Source of the DNA: an uncultured Trueperaceae bacterium
GTDB taxonomy: Bacteria > Deinococcota > Deinococci > Deinococcales > Trueperaceae
Length of the DNA stretch: 64,000 nucleotides
Reading direction: 5' to 3'
Assembly (NCBI GenBank): GCA_963815215.1
Contig: CAWFFU010000003.1
Span: 768,001 to 832,000 of the forward strand
Shown here one piece after another: positions 60,229-64,000 of this stretch. Below the pieces are notes generated by a model. The model had not been told where the DNA came from. It saw only the letters and a list, made by a program, of their open reading frames with translations, and did no database searches. A program made the position numbers and the translations under genes. Every line of letters starts with the position of its first letter. Position 1 is the stretch's first letter.

Positions 60229-60963
60229 GTGACCTTGATCGAGCACTTCGAGGAGCTCCGCACCAGGCTCCTCATCGCCTTCGCCGCATGGATCGTCGGA
60301 TCCGGGGTGGCGTTCGCTTTCCGCTTCCAGGTGCTGGACTGGCTCAAGAGCCCGCTTCCGAGCAACACCACGTTGAGCTACTTCGGCGTGCTCGAGCCCT
60401 TCACGGTATCGATGCAGATCGCCAGCTTCTTCGGGCTGGTGGTCGCTTTCCCGGTGATCCTGGGCCAGGTGTGGGGCTTCATCGCCCCAGGGCTCTACCG
60501 CCAGGAGCGTCGCTACGCCGTGCCCTTCATCTTCTTCGCGGTGGTGGCGTTCCTGTGCGGGGTGGGCTTCGCGTACTACGTGGTGCTGCCCATCACCATC
60601 CCGATCCTGCTCGGCTTCCTGGGGTCGGCCGCGACCGGCCTGCTGTCGATCGGACGATACATCTCCACCATCCTGATGCTGATGGGGGTGTTCGGGCTGA
60701 TGTTCGAGATGCCGGTGCTGGGGTACCTGCTGGCCCGCATCGGGGTGCTGCACTCCCGGCCCCTGTCGCAGAACCGGCGTTACGCCATCGTCATCGGCCT
60801 GGTGTTCGCCGCCGTGATCACGCCCACTGGGGATCCGTTCAACCTCTCCCTGGTCGCCGTGCCGCTCATCGTGCTCTACGAGCTCACGATCTGGGTGGTC
60901 CACTTCTCGCAACGAAGGATGGAGTATGGACGGGAAGATCCAGAGCCTACGAGCCCGAATTGA
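60229..60963 (+). CDS. tatC: Twin-arginine translocase TatC
   Basis: LIEHFEELRTRL, FIAPGLY..E, FEMPV, AVITPTGDP, LYE. Confidence 0.95.
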   Translation: MTLIEHFEELRTRLLIAFAAWIVGSGVAFAFRFQVLDWLKSPLPSNTTLSYFGVLEPFTVSMQIASFFGLVVAFPVILGQVWGFIAPGLYRQERRYAVPFIFFAVVAFLCGVGFAYYVVLPITIPILLGFLGSAATGLLSIGRYISTILMLMGVFGLMFEMPVLGYLLARIGVLHSRPLSQNRRYAIVIGLVFAAVITPTGDPFNLSLVAVPLIVLYELTIWVVHFSQRRMEYGREDPEPTSPN

Positions 60964-62026
60964 CGATCTCAACCTCAGGATCCTTGAGCTACTGTCACAG
61001 CGCGCCTCGCTCGCCGAGGAGATCGGCGAGCTGCAGAGCGCCATGGGGCTGTCGCACTACGATCCCATGCGCGAGCAGGAGATGCTCGACGCGCTCACCG
61101 CGGCCAATGGGGGCCCGTTCAGCGATGCGGCGGTCAAGAGCCTGTTCAAGCAGATCTTCCAGGCCAGTATGCAGCTCGAGGAGACGCAGGAGAAGCGCCA
61201 CTACCTGACGTCACGGCGCAGCCACGGTGAGGACACCGTGGTGATGGTCGGCGACGTGCCCATCGGCGGCAAGCACGCTCCGGTGCTGATCGCCGGCCCC
61301 TGCGCCATCGAGTCGGCCGCCCAGGTGGAGGCAGTGGCGGCGCACGTCGCAGCGCAGGGCGTCACCCTGTTCCGGGGCGGAGCCTTCAAACCTCGTACCG
61401 ACCCCTACAGCTTCCAGGGACTGGGCGAGGAGGGGCTGCGCCTGGCACGCGAAGCCTGCGATCGTCACGGTCTCGCGCTGGTGAGCGAGATCATGGACGC
61501 CGAGCAGCTGCCGCTGTTCGAAGCCTATGCCGACCTGCTCCAGATCGGCGCCCGGAACATGCAGAACTTCACGCTCCTCAAGGCCGCCGGCCGCAGCCGC
61601 AAGCCGGTGCTGCTCAAGCGCGGGCTCTCCGCCACGGTGGAGGAGTGGGTGATGGCCGCCGAGTACCTGCTCAACGAGGGCAACCCCAACGTGGTGCTGT
61701 GCGAGCGGGGAATCCGCACCTTCGAGCGCTACACCCGAAACACGCTGGACGTATCGGCCGTCGCCCTGGCCAAGCTGGAGACCCACCTGCCGGTGCTGGT
61801 CGACGTCACGCACTCCGGCGGCCGCCGCGACCTGCTGGTGCCGCTGACCAAGGCGGGACTGGCCGTCGGCGCCGACGGCATCATGCTCGAGGTGCACCCG
61901 AACCCCGCCGTGGCATTGTCGGATCAGAAGCAGCAAGTCGACTTCGAGACCTTCGACCGCTATCTGGAGGACACGGGCTACCACGCCAAGCTCTCCGAGA
62001 AGCGTCTCGAAGTCTACGGATTCTAG
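60926..62026 (+). CDS. aroF: Bifunctional chorismate mutase / DAHP synthase (type I-beta)
   Basis: N-terminal CM domain (LRARID..DPMRE), then AGPCAIES, GGAFKPRT, QIGARNMQN, LCERGIRTF, EVHPNP. Confidence 0.93.
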   Translation: MDGKIQSLRARIDDLNLRILELLSQRASLAEEIGELQSAMGLSHYDPMREQEMLDALTAANGGPFSDAAVKSLFKQIFQASMQLEETQEKRHYLTSRRSHGEDTVVMVGDVPIGGKHAPVLIAGPCAIESAAQVEAVAAHVAAQGVTLFRGGAFKPRTDPYSFQGLGEEGLRLAREACDRHGLALVSEIMDAEQLPLFEAYADLLQIGARNMQNFTLLKAAGRSRKPVLLKRGLSATVEEWVMAAEYLLNEGNPNVVLCERGIRTFERYTRNTLDVSAVALAKLETHLPVLVDVTHSGGRRDLLVPLTKAGLAVGADGIMLEVHPNPAVALSDQKQQVDFETFDRYLEDTGYHAKLSEKRLEVYGF

Positions 62027-62038
62027 CGGCGGCCTCGG

Positions 62039-63049
62039 ATGCCGGGGTTCGACGACCTCCTCAATTTCGTGCTCAAGGCCACCAACGTGGCCCCCAGCTA
62101 CAGCGCCGACCGGTGCATCGCCGTCACACAGTCGAGCACCGCCTGCCACGCCTGCGTCGCCGCCTGTCCCCATTACGCCGTGAAGCTCGGACGCGAGGTC
62201 GAGATCGACCCCGTCGACTGCACCGGCTGCGGCCTGTGCGTACAGGTGTGCCCCTCACAGGCGTTGGAGCCGCGCGTCAGCTACGAGCCGGGGACCTCGG
62301 TGCGCTGCTCGCAGGTCGAGGGGAGCGCGCAGAGCGTGCTCTGCCTGGGCCGCCTGCAGGCCACCGACGTCGTGCGGCTCGCCGCACGGCACGGGGATGT
62401 GACGCTGGCCCACGGTGACTGCGCCGACTGCCCGATCGGGGTGCCGCAGATCCTGGACGGCCTCGCCGAGGCGGTCCAGGACGCGCGCGCGCTCGTCGCT
62501 CAGCACGGTCGGACCATCACCGTGCGGGTCGAGCGCCGCGACAGCCTCGAGCAGGACCGCGCTCCCGCCGGCGTGAGCCGGCGCGCGCTGCTCACGGGCG
62601 GCCTGCGCAACGTACGGCGTTCGGCCGTAGGTGCTCTGGCGCCGTTGGAGACACTACTGCGGGTGAAGGACGACCCCGACGAGCCTACGCCGCTCCCCCG
62701 CGAGTTGCAGCGGCGCTTCCGCGTGCTGGAGCTCGCCCGCCCGGATCCCGAGGATCGGGTGCCGTGGCGGCTTCCACGAGTCGACGACGGCTGCATCATG
62801 TGCCCGGTCTGCACGCGCGTGTGCCCGACCGATGCCTTCTCCCGCGAGTTCGAGCCAGCGGACGGCGGGCAACCGGTGTTGCGACTCGAGCCCGAGCGCT
62901 GCCTCGATTGCGACGCCTGCGTGCAGGCCTGCCCCGTCAAGGTCATCCACATGGACGATGAGGTCCACTGGGGCGAGGTCTCCGGCGGCACCGTGGAGGC
63001 GCACCGGAGCGCCGAGAACGACGGTCCTCAGGGCAGCGTCTACCGCTGA
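62039..63049 (+). CDS. Multi-4Fe-4S ferredoxin-type protein
   Basis: Four ferredoxin-type Cys motifs, three of them strict CxxCxxCxxxCP (CTGCGLC..CP, CIMCPVC..CP, CLDCDAC..CP), plus CADC. Confidence 0.85.
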   Translation: MPGFDDLLNFVLKATNVAPSYSADRCIAVTQSSTACHACVAACPHYAVKLGREVEIDPVDCTGCGLCVQVCPSQALEPRVSYEPGTSVRCSQVEGSAQSVLCLGRLQATDVVRLAARHGDVTLAHGDCADCPIGVPQILDGLAEAVQDARALVAQHGRTITVRVERRDSLEQDRAPAGVSRRALLTGGLRNVRRSAVGALAPLETLLRVKDDPDEPTPLPRELQRRFRVLELARPDPEDRVPWRLPRVDDGCIMCPVCTRVCPTDAFSREFEPADGGQPVLRLEPERCLDCDACVQACPVKVIHMDDEVHWGEVSGGTVEAHRSAENDGPQGSVYR

Positions 63050-63117
63050 GACAGCTGTTTACACTGCTCGGGTCGACACGCCCCGGAAGGTGGTCGTGGC
63101 GGGGCGTACACTGACCC

Positions 63118-63360
63118 ATGACGGTGGACGATTGGGTATTCGAGGCGGTGGAGGCGTCGGGCCCCAAGGGCGCGACGTTGCGCGAAGTACAGCGCTACAT
63201 CGACGAGAAGCACTTCGAGGAGCTAGCCGTCGACACGATCGAATCGTCCCTGGCCTCGCTCGTCGGGCAGGGGCGTTTGAGCCACGATGGGGCCCGCTTC
63301 GGCGTGGTTGAGCGCACCAGCAAGGAAGACGCCCTCAAGAAGCTGTTCGGCGACGGCTGA
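63118..63360 (+). CDS. Small hypothetical protein (possible wHTH)
   Basis: 80-aa ORF with host-like codon usage. TACACT lies 5 nt before the ATG. Confidence 0.65.
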   Translation: MTVDDWVFEAVEASGPKGATLREVQRYIDEKHFEELAVDTIESSLASLVGQGRLSHDGARFGVVERTSKEDALKKLFGDG

Positions 63361-63396
63361 TCCGTCGCTGCATCCACGACCCGCTTTGGAGGCACG

Positions 63397-64000
63397 ATGA
63401 CGACTCCCGCCAGGCCGGCCTCGGCCGTGTCCCTCGCCGACTTCTACGAGCTCGACGCGCTCTACGACCCGGAGGAGCGCATGATCCGCGACAGCGTCCG
63501 CGACTTCGTCCGCAGCGAGATCGTGCCCCACGTCGCCGACTGGTGGCGCGAGGACGCCTTCCCCGCCGATCTCCCCCGGCGCTTCGGCGCCCTCGGCATG
63601 CTCGGCGTCACGCTGCCCGAGCGCTACGGCGGTTCGGAAGCGTCCTACACGGCGTACGGCTTGATCAACCGCGAGTTGGAGTACGCCGACTCGGGGATGC
63701 GGTCGTTCGTGAGCGTGCAGTCGAGCCTGGTGATGTACCCCATCCACCGCTACGGCTCGGAGGCGCTGCGCAAGCGCTGGTTGCCGTTGCTGGCCAGCGG
63801 TGAAGCCGTCGGCTGCTTCGGCCTCACCGAGCCGGACGCTGGGAGCGATCCCGGCGCGATGCGCACGCGGGTCCGCAAGGTCGGTGACGAGTACGTCCTC
63901 AACGGGGTGAAGCGTTGGATCACCAACGGCTCGCGTGCGCACGTGGCCGTCGTATGGGCGCGGGACGAGGCGTCTGGCGAGGTCCTCGGGTTCGCCGTCG
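63397..64000 (+). CDS. Acyl-CoA dehydrogenase (glutaryl-CoA dehydrogenase-like), 3' truncated
   Basis: Hand translation gives YGLINRELEYADSGMRSFVSVQSSL, GCFGLTEPDAGSDP and LNGVKRWITNG. SD GGAGG. Confidence 0.9.
   Translation, partial: MTTPARPASAVSLADFYELDALYDPEERMIRDSVRDFVRSEIVPHVADWWREDAFPADLPRRFGALGMLGVTLPERYGGSEASYTAYGLINRELEYADSGMRSFVSVQSSLVMYPIHRYGSEALRKRWLPLLASGEAVGCFGLTEPDAGSDPGAMRTRVRKVGDEYVLNGVKRWITNGSRAHVAVVWARDEASGEVLGFAV

Overview
High-GC (~70%) core chromosomal segment of a Deinococcota bacterium, most likely Trueperaceae-like. This is inferred from the Thermus-type CarD, the RpoC with a large lineage-specific insertion, the CM-DAHP synthase fusion and pervasive leaderless -10 boxes. 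The window holds housekeeping loci: ruvB, a trehalose/maltose-type ABC importer, uvrB-carD-rsmA, thrC, ychF, a Crp/SdrP-like regulator, bamA, PNP-yggS-divIVA, sufS-sufU, recF-dciA, gpmI, CIRCE-controlled groESL, psuG-rodZ, a second carD, and the tRNA(Thr-Tyr-Gly-Thr)-tuf-rpmG-secE-nusG-rplKAJL-rpoBC cluster, followed by tatAC-aroF. I found no mobile element, prophage, CRISPR array or defence island. The strongest anomaly is tuf: by hand count 394 of 405 sense codons end in G or T (11 in C, none in A), unlike every neighbouring gene, and the bias is confined to the CDS. Secondary signals are a leaderless 20-aa uORF overlapping the thrC start (TGATG), a structured leader or uORF upstream of carD, an extra perfect palindrome in the groESL promoter, and unusual RpoB switch-region residues. 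All functional calls come from motif recognition, not database searches.
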